Source of the DNA: Mobula birostris
Lineage: Eukaryota
Direction: 5' to 3'
NCBI RefSeq assembly: GCF_030028105.1
Contig: NC_092401.1
Coordinates: forward strand, 26,712,399 to 26,776,398
Length of the DNA stretch: 64,000 bases
The position numbers and the translations under genes were made by a program. Position 1 is the first letter of the stretch. Each line of letters starts with the position of its first letter. Of this stretch, positions 1 through 13,599 are shown one piece after another. Below the pieces are notes generated by a model. That model worked only from the letters and a program-made list of their open reading frames with translations. It searched no databases and was not told the DNA's origin.

Positions 1-199
1 CCTCTCCTCCACCTCCGAGACCCCAAGTTTCTAGTTTCCCCTTCCCGCCATGTCCCCTTTCTTCTCCATTTCACTCTTCCCTCTCTCTCCCCACTTCCTT
101 CCTCCCCCCCTCCTCTGCCTCTCCCTCCACTCACACAGTACCTCCCCCCTCACACACGCACCCTCTTCCCCTCGCCTTGTACCTCCCCTGCCCTGCCCT

Positions 200-560
200 C
201 CCCGAGTCCGTACCCTCATCTCCCGGATGGCCTCCCAGCCGGCGCGGACACCGCCGATCGGCCGGTACTCGCTGCGCTGCGGTAGCAGCAGCTGGTCCAG
301 GACGCTCAGGCTGCCCCGCCGGTAGCGCAGTGCCTGCAGGCTCATGGCCGCTGACCTGACCGGAGCCGAAGAAACTGCGAGCGGGAGGAGGAGCCGGATC
401 ACTCGAGTCGAGTGTGACGTGTTTCTGTGGGTGCCGGGGTCATGGGATTCCCAGAGTGGTTTCAGCAAATTGTTGATGTGGATTTCGGTCCATGTCGGTG
501 CAAACGACGGAGGCAGAACAAACGCTAAGGATCCGCAGACTGAGTAGAGGGAGTTGGGTC
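200..560. promoter_or_regulatory. CpG-rich promoter/first-exon region of MRI1
   Basis: High CpG density compared with the CpG-depleted flanks; overlaps the MRI1 start codon. Confidence 0.6.
214..345 (-). CDS. MRI1: Methylthioribose-1-phosphate isomerase, coding exon 1 (gene continues beyond the left edge)
   Basis: Translates as [44 protein letters not shown], matching the MRI1 N-terminus (L..LDQ.LLP...Y...W.AIR.M.VRGAPAI). 44 codons followed by a GTACGG donor at 213. CpG-rich context. Confidence 0.93.
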
Positions 561-1289
561 AGAAATTAAAATGCACAACGTTAATAGTAGCGATCTCTGG
601 ATTATGTGGATGGTTGAGAGGAAGGGGCAGGTCCACCACTCCCGACTGCTCAGCAATTGCGGAAGGAATCAGGAGCACCAAGTTTCTTGGGGCACACATC
701 ACCGACGATCTCATCTGGTGAATCAACACCACCTCTTTTGTCAACAAAGAACATCATCGTCTCCGCTTCCCGAGGAGATTGAGCTGAGATCCCTGCCCCC
801 ATTCTACCCGAGCACCATCAAGAGCGCACTGACCAAGCTGTATCAGTGTTGGGATGGGAATTGCGAGGCAAGAAATATCCACTTATGGACAAAGTATATT
901 ATGGATATTACTCCTTTCTCCATGTTTGACTCTAGATCAAGAGGGTATCAACCATGATTTCACCAAAATATTCAAGGGACCATGACCAACTGCTGCTGGT
1001 ATCCATGTTCACAGAACCAGGCGTTTCAGCCCACAATATTTGCACTGAACATTGCAGCATTATTTTCTTCTTGAATTATTTCGCACCCTCTTCTCTCTCT
1101 GTTCCTCCTTCATCTAAATCCTAGCTTTGTCTCTCATCAACAACATTGTCATGTAGAAACAAGAGCTTGCCTCTTTCACTGAGAGGGTACCTGACTGAGA
1201 TCTGACAGGAGAGAATGCAAAAATTCATCTTCCCACAGATAATTTGATGCTTTGATTGTCTATTATATAAACTTGAAATTCCAATTTAC

Positions 1290-1560
1290 CGAACAACTTC
1301 AGCAGATCAAGCTGCATCTATGGAGGGGATAAATGATAGACGTTTCAGGCAGAGGCCCTTCATCAGGATTGGAAAGGAAGGGGGCAAAATGAGAATAAGG
1401 TGTGGGGAGGGGCAGGAGTAAGAAGCTGACAGGTGATAGGTGAGGGGGAAGGTGGGTCAGTCAGGGAGATGAAGTGAGAAGCAGGGAGGGGAATGATGGA
1501 ATAGGTAAAGTAGAGTGGACCATGGGAGAAAGGGAAGAAATAAGAGCACCAGAGGGAAGT
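1290..1560 (-). mobile_element. Penelope-like 3' fragment
   Basis: Same terminal family with a hammerhead and a GA-rich UTR. Confidence 0.6.
1334..1371 (-). ncRNA. Minimal hammerhead ribozyme motif, core intact, stem I eroded
   Basis: Reverse complement: CAATC CTGATGA A GGG CCTCTG CCT GAAAC GTC TATCA. Confidence 0.6.
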
Positions 1561-3244
1561 TTCTTATTCATAGATGTACTGGGCCCCAAAACTTCACAGA
1601 ACCATTGAAAATAAGCCATTCTGTTCATCCTATCCCTACTTTCCATTCCCTTGATTAATTTCATTGGCAGCTTTTTTTGCTTGGAGTGAATGGGGGGATG
1701 CAAGGTTGTTGAAAGGATCCTGCACTAAAAATCTCTCTCTCGATGAACAGACAGAGATTCAACAGAGTTCAAGCTCATGAACTTACCACCAAGATCAACT
1801 GAACATTCTGCAGCATGGCAAAGTAATTGGACTGTGAGGCTGGCAATGAACTTGGAGTTCAATTCTAGAGTTTGGTGCACTGCTGTCGGCTACACCAAGG
1901 GTCATGTCAAGGATCAAGGCCTGGAGGTTGACTGGGCGTCTGGAAGTCATAACCCAATGGCTGAAAACTGCAGACCCGTGTGTCTGGGTGGGTGGGAGGA
2001 AGGGAGGAAGGGAGGAAGGAAATCGGCTTGTTTTGCTGTTGTTGCTTCGGCACTTGGTATGTTCTGTTTTGTTGTGTTCTCTGTTCTTCTGAGCACAGTG
2101 GGTGCACTATGTTGACGGCAGAGTGTGTGGTGACACTTGTGGGCTGCCCCTGCCACATCTCAAATTGTGTCGGTTGTTACTGCAAACTATGCATTTCACT
2201 GTATGTTTCGATGTTTATCTGATTAATATATAAATCTGAAAGGCACTTGTTCCTATTACAACTGTGAGATGAAGCAGCTGTCCTGTGTCCCTGAGCCTGC
2301 ATGGCTAGTCTGTGGATTTAGAAACACTGTCGTTGCTGGCAATCCCTCCACATAGTGCCTGCCTCCACCACCAAGTGTCTGAGTTTTGTTCTGATGCAAT
2401 GTCCTGACTTTAACTCTGTTTCTCCCCTCCTCCTCTGCTGAGAATTTGTAACAATGATTTTGGATTTCCAGATGAGAAGGTCATTCAACATGCTAGACCC
2501 CGCAGTGGCAGTGATCATTGACGGTTTATAGCCAGATGTAGGTAAGGACTTTGGGGGAGGCCGGTGAGTAATGCGATATATGGCCGCTCTTCCTGAAACC
2601 ATCAAAGTGAAGTCCAATTCTCAGACTAGGCTGGGACTTGACCACCAGCTCTGGGTTATTGAACCCATCATTTTTGGGTTAGAGTTAACACAGGAGTAAA
2701 ATGGTGGAAATCTGCAATTCCCACTTAGAAAGACTGTGGATTCTTGGAATCCTTTGTCACTTTCCAGATAGCATTAGGCAGGGGTGAGAAGATATGGAGT
2801 GAAGGTGTACAACGAGAGTATAAATCAGGCAGGTGATAATTCTGTAGTAGATACTCTTAACTCATTTGCCCTCCAACTATTCTTAAATGGTGTGGATAAC
2901 TTCACTCACCTCAACACTAAACTCATTGCACAACCTCCAGACTCACTTTCAAGCACTCTACAACTCATGTTCTCAGTATTATTTATTTACTTTTTATTTA
3001 TTCTTTTTTTGTCTTATTTTGCACATTGGTTGTTTTTCAGTCTTTGTGTATCTTTTTGTCATTCATACTATTGTATTTTTTTGTTCTACAATGAATGCCT
3101 GTAAGTATTTGGCGACCTATGTGTACTTTGATAATAAATTTACTTTGAACTTAAGGGCTTAAGGGTCCCTCTCAGGTGCAGAACTAAAAGATTGCTCAAA
3201 TGATGCTGAATCATGGTCTTCCAAGGATATATTCTCTCCTGGGG

Positions 3245-3250
3245 TTTATT
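3245..3250 (-). terminator. Candidate polyadenylation signal AATAAA of AP1M2
   Basis: AATAAA on the minus strand about 190 nt downstream of the stop codon. Confidence 0.45.
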
Positions 3251-3438
3251 TTGGAGGACCGTGTGCTGATAGACTTCTGAAACTGTAGGTGTCTGTCCTT
3301 AATTATTGCACAGTTAGCTGAACAGAACAAAAGTTAACAAGATGTTTAAGGCATTCGTCACAACAGTACTGTAATACGTAGCCCAATTCAAACCAATGAG
3401 AGAGGAAAATTAGAAGTTTCCTGAATCCATCAAAACTT

Positions 3439-3461
3439 TTAGTGTGTCCGCAGTTGGTAAT
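3439..3461 (-). CDS. AP1M2: AP1M2 exon 12 coding part (DYQLRTH-stop)
   Basis: Acceptor TTTTACAG followed by AT TAC CAA CTG CGG ACA CAC TAA. Confidence 0.94.
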
Positions 3462-4119
3462 CTGTAAAATAAGACACGGAGTTAAACTAGTATCTGTTTT
3501 CAGAGAGGAATCCATTCAAACAGTTTGTAAAATTTGAGATCAGTCTTTGACTTTTTTTAAAATAATCACTAAGTTTAGAGAGCAACTGTATTTACAAAAT
3601 AATCCAAACAATCTCAGTTTTACAAGGGAGGTTTAACCCCTTGTGAACCACCAACCCTCTTTCACACCGATCTCACTGTGAGGCAAAGCACTGGACATTT
3701 CAGGCTGCTGCACTACAAGTTTGATCCCTGTGGACAGCCAGGGTGGTGTTAAAGATCTGCTTTGATGGAACCTGAATCTTCAGCCTGGTATTCAATGCCC
3801 CTTCTGCTTACTTGGGTGTAGAGGAAAGCCACCTTGATATTGTCCACCATTGTTAAATAGCCCAGAGTCAACACATGAAGAATTATTCAAAGACAGCTTC
3901 TACCTTGCTGTTACAAAACTACTGAACACTCCTGGTATGTTCAGATAGACTCTGAGGTCAAAAGTCTAACTTCTTATGACTCTGCACCTTATTATCTGCC
4001 TGCAATGTACTTTCTCTCTTAACTGTAGCACTTTGTATTCTGTTGTTTTCCCTTGTACCACCTCGATGCACTGATGAGATAAAACGATGGGTCTGGACAG
4101 CATGCAAAAGCTGCTTTTA

Positions 4120-4372
4120 CAGCTCAGGGCGTTCCAGAGTGTGAGGTTCAATTCTGGCGCCGTTCTGTAAGGAGACTGTACGTACTCCCCATGGAATGCA
4201 TCAGTTCTTCCCCAGTGTCCTGGTTTCCTCCCACAGTCCAAAGACATACTGAGTAGGTTAATCGGTCATTGGCAATTGTCCTGTGATTAGGTTGGGGTTA
4301 ATCGAGGTGGTGGGATTGCTGGGCGGTGTGGCTGAAAGGGAAGAAGGGAAGAATTCCGAAATAAATAAATAA
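4120..4372 (+). mobile_element. tRNA-derived V-SINE (HE1-like); other copies at about 21475-21745, 29520-29925 (-), 33480-33750 (-) and 34945-35240
   Basis: B-box-like GTTCAATTC followed by the V-domain GGTTTCCTCCCACAGTCCAAAGAC and an (AATA)n tail. Confidence 0.7.
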
Positions 4373-5885
4373 AGCAAAGTTTTCACTGAACCTTGGTACC
4401 TGTGATAATAATCAATGAGTTTACCAATTTGTTAATTGTCTTGTTTCACAACTGAGTACAGAACCCAGGCGGTCAATATTAGGTGATGGAGGTGATTGAA
4501 ACCAGTGAGGTGAAGGGTTAAAAGTTTAGCAAACTATGTTATGTGGTAGGATGATTTATGTTTGAAATTTTTCACTGTGGAACAGCAGTTTATGCTTCAA
4601 TTTCATAGTTTCAGTGAGTTGCATTAAGCATGTTTTTTGGTGAAGAATTATCATTATGGACATTGGAGGAGCAAGTTCTCCATAGTAGACAGCTATCAAT
4701 GTTGCGATTCTGATATGGGCTTAGCAATTGTTGGTGTGGTGTGATTTTTAAACAAAACCCACTATAATTCAATGCCCCTTGTGCTTGCTTGTGCATTGAG
4801 AGGAGCCAGTTTAATGTTGTCCACTATTGTTAAATAGCCGAGCATCAATTCATGAAGCATTATTCAAAGACAACTTCTACTAGCTGTTATAAAACTATTG
4901 AGCAGTCCCCTAGTACGTTAAGATGGACTTTTGACCTCACAGTCTACCTCATTATGACCTTTCACCTCATTGTCTACCTACACTCATAAAGAGGAAGATT
5001 AGTTTTATTTGTCACATGTACAACGCAATATACAGTGAAATGTGTTGAACTTTCTCTGCAACTGTAACACTCTTATGATCTTCCCTTGTGCTGCGTCAAT
5101 GCACTGTTGCAACTAAATGACCTGCATGGACGGTATGCAAAACAAAGATTTTCAATGTGACTTGATACATGTGACAGTAATAAGCCAATTTATTCACTCA
5201 ACAATAGGCATTTGCAGCCAAGAAGCCCCTTTGGGAAACACACCCAAGCACCTTTGGGATTCCGACTCCATTGACATCAGAAGGGGAGATGTATAACCAG
5301 ATGTCGGCTGAATTACTTCAAAAGTTCCTTTTCTCTCACACTGTGGAGGTTCCATCACAGATCAAGGAACAGCAAATGACAGGAAATGCAGTACAAAGAA
5401 TCTCTATTGGTGGTGGTCATAGGGTGGCTGACCGACACATATCTTCCTCTTAAAAATTGTTTAACATCAATAATTTATGTGTGTTTTCAGATCTTTTCAG
5501 TTCATTTAAAACTAGGGTTTTTTTTATATGTGAATGTGAAAGAGATTTGAAAACATTCTTAATAACAGAGATATTTAAACACTATTACAACTTCCACAGC
5601 TGGCCAGGTTGGAGATGGGCTTTTCCAGCTGTTAGGGAGAGAGCCACCTCGCCAGGCACTTGTCCATTTGATGCCACCAGGTTCTGGGCTGGCTTGGACC
5701 AGATGAGTGGAGGTGGGGAGAAGGGCTGGGGGAGGGTGGAGCTCCTCTGTGGGAGAGGGTGTTCCTGCTGGAGAATCAAAATTCAGACCAATTCCCACAC
5801 ATTTGGACAGTACAAAGACCCCTCTTTGACAAGCAACACATTGTCACATTTTATCCTTCCCCACCCCTGCCACGGCTGCACTAAC

Positions 5886-5961
5886 CTCCACTCTGGGTGA
5901 TGTATCTGACCCAGGGGAGTGCCTGGTAGCCACTCTTCTCAATAATCTTCATGTACCTCAC
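5886..5961 (-). CDS. AP1M2: AP1M2 exon 11 (VRYMKIIEKSGYQALPWVRYITQSG)
   Basis: Acceptor TTGTAG; donor GTTAGT; 76 nt. Confidence 0.96.
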
Positions 5962-7202
5962 CTACAACATGGGGAAACAAACCAAGTGTTACTCACCGGA
6001 CCTGTCAGAGAGGCATCAGAATACAAGACGTTGAACATAAAAGACAAAACATTACAGTACATTTCAGGCCCTTCAGCCCACAACATCGTGCTGGCCTTTT
6101 AACCTATTCTAATATCAATCTTAACCTTCCCTTCCATATAGATAGGCACATGGATATTGAGAAATGGAGAGCTACTAATGGATCTGCCTCTACCACCAAC
6201 CCTGACACATCCTCCACTGTGTATAAAAAAAAATTTAGCTCTGACATCCCCCCTATAAATTCCTAGACTGCCCAACCCTTCCATACAACTCAGACCCTCA
6301 AGTCCTGGCAACCTTCCAATAAACCTTCTTTGCACTCGTTCCAGTTTAGTGACATCTTTCCGTCAACAGCGTGACTAAAACCTGCACACAACTGTCTCCA
6401 AATCCAAACCTCACTTGGACCAGTATTGATTGGCTTCTGTCCTGCTCTGTTTAACCTGGTCAGCCTTGAGTTGATAGAACATAGGACAGTACAGCACAAT
6501 AACCTACGGCAAGTTCAACCTAACCCTTCACTCCCGCATAGCCCTCTAGTTTTCTTTCATCCACATGCCTATCTGAGAGTTTAAGTGCCCCTTATGAATT
6601 AGCCTCTATCACCACCCCTGGCAGTGCATTCTCTGTACCTACCACTACTCTCTGAAAAAAGCTGCCTTTGAACATCTTGCTTAGAATGAATGTCATTTTT
6701 AGACGCTGTATGATCTACTGTGTTCCTCCACATTTTGAGTGTGATCATTTGATATCCCCCCATACTTTCCACCAATCAATCTTAAAATTATGCCCCCTTG
6801 TGTTAGCCATTTCTGCCCATCGACTACAGAATGCCTCCTATATCTCATAAACCTCTATCAAGTCACCTCTCATCCTCCTTTGCTCAAACTACCCTCATAA
6901 GACATGGTCACTACTTCAGGCAGCATCCTGGTAAATCTCCTCTGCATCCTCTCTACAGCTTCCATATTTTTCTTATAATGAATTGACCAGAAATTAACAC
7001 AATACTCCTAGTATAATTCATGTTCATTTTAATATTCACTTGTGTCTCTCTTGCACTGTGTTTCTGCCAAAACTAACTTTTCAGTTTTGAGCTACCTGCC
7101 TATTTTTGTCCTGGTGAACATCTAGCAATCCAAATTAGCTGATGGTTTGGAGGGACAAGTTTCGACCTCCACACTGGACACCACAGATACACCAGCACTG
7201 AC

Positions 7203-7328
7203 CTGTACCCCTGAGACGGTGAAGTAAGGGATCTCGAATTTCACGGTGATCGGTGGCCTGCCTTCATTGTTCTCATTCTCCACGCTCGGCAGGCCAAAGT
7301 GGGCCCGCATCAGGTATTCTTTTCCTCC
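7203..7328 (-). CDS. AP1M2: AP1M2 exon 10 (GGKEYLMRAHFGLPSVENENNEGRPPITVKFEIPYFTVSGVQ)
   Basis: Acceptor GGATAG; donor GTCAGT; 126 nt. Confidence 0.95.
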
Positions 7329-8162
7329 CTATCCAGGGGGAGATACAGATAGAGAAGTTAAAACAAAAGTCAATTTATAAAATGTAATGGTTAACAAGCT
7401 CAGATTAATTTATTTATCATCTGTCCATCAAACCATATAGTGAAATGCATCTTGCATTAATAAACAACACAAGCTAGGGGTGCGCTGGAGAGAGCCCACG
7501 AGAGTAGCCACACATTTGGATGCTGGCTGGTTCAAAGTAAACTCATTATTATACACATATATACGCACGCACACGCATACACCTTCTCCAGAACAGGACT
7601 CTGGGCCTTCAGTTGGGCTTTGGCTTCCAGACCTCCTGTCAACCTTCAAGCTTCGATTTTCAGGATTGGCTCCACAAATCAGTACATTTTTCCTTGCCCT
7701 CCCTTCTTTGGCCTCTTTTCAGTCTTTCTGTCTAGGCTCATTGATATTCCACTTGCATTTATGTAGCACCAAAGGATACCCACCACTCTGTAAATAAACT
7801 TGCCCTGTAAATCACCGTGGAACTTACCCCCTCATCTTAAGTTGTATGGCTGTTACTGTGAAACATTTTGACCCTGAGGAAAGGAAACCCTCTGCCTCTC
7901 ATAAACTTATGAACTTCACATCTCCCCTCAGCCTCTACCACTCAAAAGAGAACAGCTGTAGTTTGTCTAGCCTCTTCTACACCCTCTCCAAAGCCTATAC
8001 ATCTTCTCTGTAACATGATGACCAGGATTGAATGCCGTACACTAGGTGAGCAGGAGTGGGATTCTAACAGATGACTTTCTGACTGAGATTTGGATCTCAC
8101 CCGCTGCTGACCCACCTAACCTCGTTCCAGCTGGTGCAAGGAATAAAACAGCTCTCACTCAC

Positions 8163-8321
8163 GGGCAAGCATTTGATGGTCCACACCACTGTGTTATTTT
8201 CGGGAACCCACTTGGCGCTCCCCACGCTGGTCTTGAACTTGGGCGTGTCAGCATCACTTGGCACAGGGATAATGATTTCCACATTGTTGGCGACAGACTG
8301 CTTCTTGAACTGACTTTTGGC
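8163..8321 (-). CDS. AP1M2: AP1M2 exon 9 (AKSQFKKQSVANNVEIIIPVPSDADTPKFKTSVGSAKWVPENNTVVWTIKCLP)
   Basis: Acceptor AACAG; donor GTGAGT; 159 nt. Confidence 0.96.
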
Positions 8322-9269
8322 CTGTTGGGAGGAAAAAATATTAACATTTGCCCTCCTACCACAGACCTCCTCCTTTTTGTACCATTTTTAAAGCTATATT
8401 TCTTATAACTTACAGTAGTTTTATGTCCTGCATAAAGCAAAAAAAATCACCTCAAATGTCAGTGATAATAAACCTGATTCTGAACCATCCTGCCTGTCCT
8501 GAACTTCATGAGCCTTACAGTGACTGCTTCAATATCTCACTGAAGCGACCTCATCATGATCAGCCTGGAAAGTGTGGAGCTTCTGACTTTTCCAGTACAT
8601 AGTATCATTCAGTATAGAAACAGGCCCTCAGTCCAAATGGTCCATGCCAACCAAGATCCAAGCTAGTCCCATTTGGCCCATATCCTCTAAACATTTCCAA
8701 TCCAATGTACCGGTTCCAATGTCTTTTAAAAGTTGTGCATTAATCCACATACATACCTCACTTTGTGTAAAAAGTTGCCCCTCGGTTTCTATTAAAACTC
8801 TCCCCCCAAACCTTAAACACATACCACCTAGTTCTTGATTCCCCACCCCTGGGAAGAAGACTGTGTCGGATCCTGATACTTCAGCAATCCAAAGGATTTT
8901 TGGAAGTCAAGAATGAGTCAAAAAAAAACTTACTGCTAAGCAATTTTATTAAGTGCTACAAGAACAAAGAACAAGCAAAAGAGGAGCTGAGAGAATGAAG
9001 AAAAGACAAAGGACAGAGCAGCCGTAGTTGTCTCATACTCAGAGTAGAGATAACACAATTGCAGTGATAACAATTAACCTACAAAATAGCCTGAGTAAAG
9101 TGCCGTGACACCTGCTACTGAAAACTACAAAAATACAGAAGCAACTGTACTGTAATCACCAATTACATGTATGTCAGCAATTATGTAATAAATACAACTA
9201 CGCATTGGAAAGTTCAAATTGGGGATGGTGGCTGATGCTGAATGATAGTGGCATCTAAGAAGCTGTTAG

Positions 9270-10187
9270 ACACACGGATATGCAGGGAATGGAGAGAGCA
9301 GATCACACGGATATGCAGGGAATGGAGGGAGCAGATCACACGGATATGCAGGGAATGGAGGGAGCAGATCACACGGATATGCACGGAATGGAGGGAGCAG
9401 ATCACACGGAATGGAGGGAGCAGATCACACGGATATGCACGGAATGGAGAGAGCAGATCACACGGATACGCAGGGAACGGAGGGAGCAGATCGCACAGAT
9501 ATGCAGGGAATGGAGGGAGCAGATTACAAGGATATGCAGGGAATGGAGGGAGAAGATTACAAGGATATGCAGGGAATGGAGGGAGAAGATCACATGGATA
9601 TGTAGGGAATGGAGGGAGCACATCACAAGGATATGGAGGGAGCAAATTACAAGGATATGGAGGGAGAAGATCACGTGGATATGGAGGGAGCAGATCACAT
9701 GGATATGCACAGAATGGAGGGAGCAGATCACACGGATATGCAGGGAATGGAGGGAGCAGATCACACGGATATACACGGAATGGAGAGAGCAGATCACACA
9801 GATATGCAGGGAATGGAGGGAGCAGATCATAAGGATACGCAGGGAATGGAGAGAGCAGATCGCACAGATATGCACGGAATGGAGGGAGCAGCTCACACGG
9901 ATATGCAGGGAATGAAGGGAACAGATCACACAGATATGCAGGGAACGAAGGGAGCAGATCACACGGACATGGAGGGAGAAGATCACAAGGATATGCAGGG
10001 AAAGGAGGGATGTCAATCACATGGATATGGAGGGAGTAGATCACATGGATATAGGTAGTAGATCACATGGATATGGAGGGAATGGGGGTAGTAGATCACA
10101 CGTATGCAGGGAATGGAGGGAGTAGGTGACACGGATATACAGAGGATGGAGGGAGCAGATCACACAGATATACAGGGAATGGAGGGA
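9270..10187. repeat. 33 bp minisatellite (CACACGGATATGCAGGGAATGGAGGGAGCAGAT), roughly 30 units including 24 bp and 21 bp variants
   Basis: Direct tandem repetition, embedded in a CR1 3' end. Confidence 0.95.
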
Positions 10188-10873
10188 TGTATTTTATGTG
10201 CAGATAGAGAGATTTAGTTTAATTTGACATGGTGTTCGGCAAGAGTATCGTAGGCTGAGTGGCCTGTTCCTACACTGTACTGTTCTATGTTAAAATAAAG
10301 GAGTGAGGTTGGTCTTTCCAATCTTGTCCAGCCCATGTGACCTTCCTTGGTTTTGAGGGAAATACAGTAATTAAAAAATTTTTAAGTGCTAGAACCACTG
10401 GAGAGGCCATGGGCCATGCGTTAACTCAAAATGAATCTTTGACGCCCTTACTATTCAACCTATCAATCTCCACTTTAAATATACCCAATGATCTGGCCTC
10501 CACAGCCGTCTGTAGCAATGAATTCCACAGATACACCAACCTCTGGCTCAAGGAATTCCTCATCTTCGTTCTAAAAGGACATCTTTCTATCTGGTCCTAG
10601 AGTCACCCACTATAGGAAAGCAAAGGCTAATAGGATCTTGATTAGTAAGGGTGTCAAAGGTTATGGGGAAAAGGTAGGAGAATGGGGTTGAGAGGGATAT
10701 TAAATCAGTCATGATTGAATGGCGGAGCAGACACAATGAACCAAATGGCCTAATTCTGCTCCTATGTTTTAGTCTTAAGGGGAAATTAATTGCTGAAATA
10801 ACTCCTCTACCTTCAAAAAACAAAGAGATGAGATTTAATTCTGTTTCTTGATCATGCACAAAATGGAATTTAC

Positions 10874-10945
10874 CTTGATCATGTATTCAACCCGACTATG
10901 TGAAAATTTCTCGATAACCGATTCAATCCAAATCAGAGGCTTCAC
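10874..10945 (-). CDS. AP1M2: AP1M2 exon 8 (VKPLIWIESVIEKFSHSRVEYMIK)
   Basis: Acceptor TTTAG; donor GTAAAT; 72 nt. Confidence 0.96.
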
Positions 10946-12031
10946 CTAAAATCAAACACAAAGTCCTTCAGTAAGTTTCTTCTCTACAGTGTCTGAATGA
11001 CTGTTTAGATTCTGGGAAGGCCGGCAGGATTGTCGGGTTATCCCAAGTGGAGCTGCGAACACCTCTTTCATGATCTTGGGAGACTCAGTCTCAATCCATC
11101 ACACCACCATGTGATGTCCATTGCCTTGTTAACATCTCTGGTGAAGATGGTGCTGAACATCACAGCTTCTCTCCTTTATAAGTGCACAGTGGAGAGTATC
11201 CTGACTGGTTGCATTATGATCTGGCATGGGAACACCAATGTCCATGGAAGGATCTACTGAAAGTGGTGGGCACAGCCCAGTCCATCACCAAGGACGCCCC
11301 ACAAACCACCATCTAGGCCGTGCTATTTTCCCACCTCACCCATTGAGCATGAGGTGCGGGAGCCTTAGATCCAAACCACCAGGTTCAGGAACAGTTATTA
11401 CCCATCAACCACTGGGCTCTTGAACCACAGTGGATAACTTCACTCACCTCAATGTTAAACTAAATCTACACACTACAGACTCAGAATTCATGTTCTCAGT
11501 ATTTTTTATTTAGTTATTGACAATAACTTATTTGCATGATTTGTCATCTTTTCCACATTGGTTGTTTGTCAGCCTTTATTTATGTTTACTTTTTCATAAA
11601 TTCCAAATATGTTTATTTTCCTGTAAATGCCTGCAAGAAAAAGCATCTCTGCGTGGTAAATGGCAACATGTGTGTTTTCTGATAATAAATTTACTTTTTG
11701 ACTTTGATTTTAAGCTGTGGTCTCCAACAAGGTTGTGACTCAGACATGGCTTTTTTTTTAATTAAGGTTTGTACAGATGGTTTTGGAGACAGCAACGTGG
11801 GGCGTTAGTGGTCAGGCCTCCACTCCATGTTCAAAAATCAACGACATGGATGTGGGTGGGTGGGACAGTGGAATGGGGCTGGTTTTGTTGTTTTGTTGCT
11901 TGCTGTGTTCTGTGTTGTTCTGTTGAGCATTTTGGGTACGCTACATTGGCGCCATCGTGTGTGTTAGTTGATGACGTAAGCGAATCTGAATCAGAATTTC
12001 CTTCTTCTGTGGACATTACGTTGAGAAGAAT

Positions 12032-12506
12032 GAACAGCTTCCATCAGACTGTGAAGAGGTGAGGGTCACTCAGTCTGGAGAGTGAACAGCTTCCATCGGA
12101 CTGTGAAGAGGAGTGGAGAGTCACTCAGTCTGGAGAATGAACAGCTTCCATCAGACTGTGAAGGAATGAGAGTCACTCGGTCTGGAGAATGAACAGCTTC
12201 CATCAGACTGTGAAGGGGTGAGGGTCACTCAGTCTGGAGAGTGAACAGCTTCCATCAGACTGTGAAGGGGTGTGAGGGCCACTCGGTCTGGAGAATGAAC
12301 AGCTTCCATCAGACTGTGAAGGGGTGAGAGTCACTCAGTCTGGAGAATGAACAGCTTCCATCAGACTGTGAAGGAGTGAGAGTCACTCGGTCTGGAGAGT
12401 GAACAGCTTCCGTCAGACTGTGAAGGGGTGTGAGGGCCACTCGGTCTGGAGAATGAACAGCTTCCATCAGACTGTGAAGGGGTGAGAGTCACTCGGTCTG
12501 GAGAGT
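12032..12506. repeat. 52-55 bp minisatellite, 9 units
   Basis: GAACAGCTTCCATCAGACTGTGAAGGGGTGAGAGTCACTCAGTCTGGAGAAT starting at 12032, 12084, 12139, 12191, 12243, 12297, 12349, 12401 and 12455. Confidence 0.95.
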
Positions 12507-13599
12507 GTGGCTATGTAACGATTGGGCGCCATTTTCTGTGAAGATCAGCTCCTTATTTTTTAAGATGAGAGTGAATCCTATGGGCAACAGGGTTTCCATG
12601 GACTAAAGACTTGCTGGAGAAGAAAGTCAAATCGCAACTCAACCATGACCCCTCTTGACCTCACGATCTGCCTCATTATGACCTTGCACATTACTGTCTA
12701 CCTGCACTGCACCTTCTCTGTAGCTGTTACACCCTGTTCTAGACTCTGTTGTTGTTTTATTTTACCTTTTCTATCTCAATGCACTGCTGTAATGAATTAA
12801 TTTGTTTGAGCAGTATGCACAGCTAGCTTTTCACTGTACCTCGGTGAATGACATTAATAAACCAATTCCAATCTTTCTCTGTAACTATAACACACAATTT
12901 TTATTACTTTCCTTTTCTATTGCAACCTCTGGCAGCACACCCTAGGTACCCATTACTCCGTGTAAGTAAAACCTACCCGACACACCTTCCTCACCACCAG
13001 GCCACGCCATCTTCACACAGCTCAAATCAGGCAGGAGGTACAGCAACCTGAAGTCCCACACCACCAGGTTCAAGAACAGCCTCTTCCCTTCAACCATTCA
13101 GTTCTGAACCAACAGGCAAAACTCTAATAACTAGAGATTAGCAACTCTATGACCACTTTGATCATTTTGCACCAAAATCTACTTTTATTTTGTTCTAATT
13201 GTGTTCTTTCTTGTAATAATTGTGTATAATTTACGTTCCATTGATACCTTTAGCTTGTGACAGCTACTAATATGGTGCTTATGTGATGCTGCTGTAAACA
13301 AGGTTTTCATTGCACCTTGTACTTGTGCATACAGCAGCAAACATGACCGACTTTTAATGCATCCTGATATCTGCCCTTCAATCTTGGCTGACAGCAGGAG
13401 ACTACAGTTGGGCACAAAGTCACTCCATTGACCCAAGGACATCTGGGTCTTTAACCTGGAAGAGTTCATGAAAACAAAACAGGGTAAAGTCCTCCCAGAT
13501 TTTAGATTTGATTGCTAATCATTGATATTGGAGGAGGCTAAAAGGTTGGCACAACATCATGGGCCAGTAGTGTTCTAAATTCTAAGTTCCTTTACTCAC

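Noticed and set aside
31-468. 145 aa ORF as the whole MRI1 protein
   Set aside because: Only 214-345 matches MRI1; the rest is 5' UTR and intronic low-complexity read-through.
9214-10058. Overlapping 150-276 aa ORFs in several frames
   Set aside because: They result from a 33 bp stop-free minisatellite in an intron; there are no splice signals or protein similarity.
12032-12506. CRISPR-like array of palindromic repeats
   Set aside because: There are no unique spacers and no cas genes, and the context is a vertebrate intron; it is a minisatellite.
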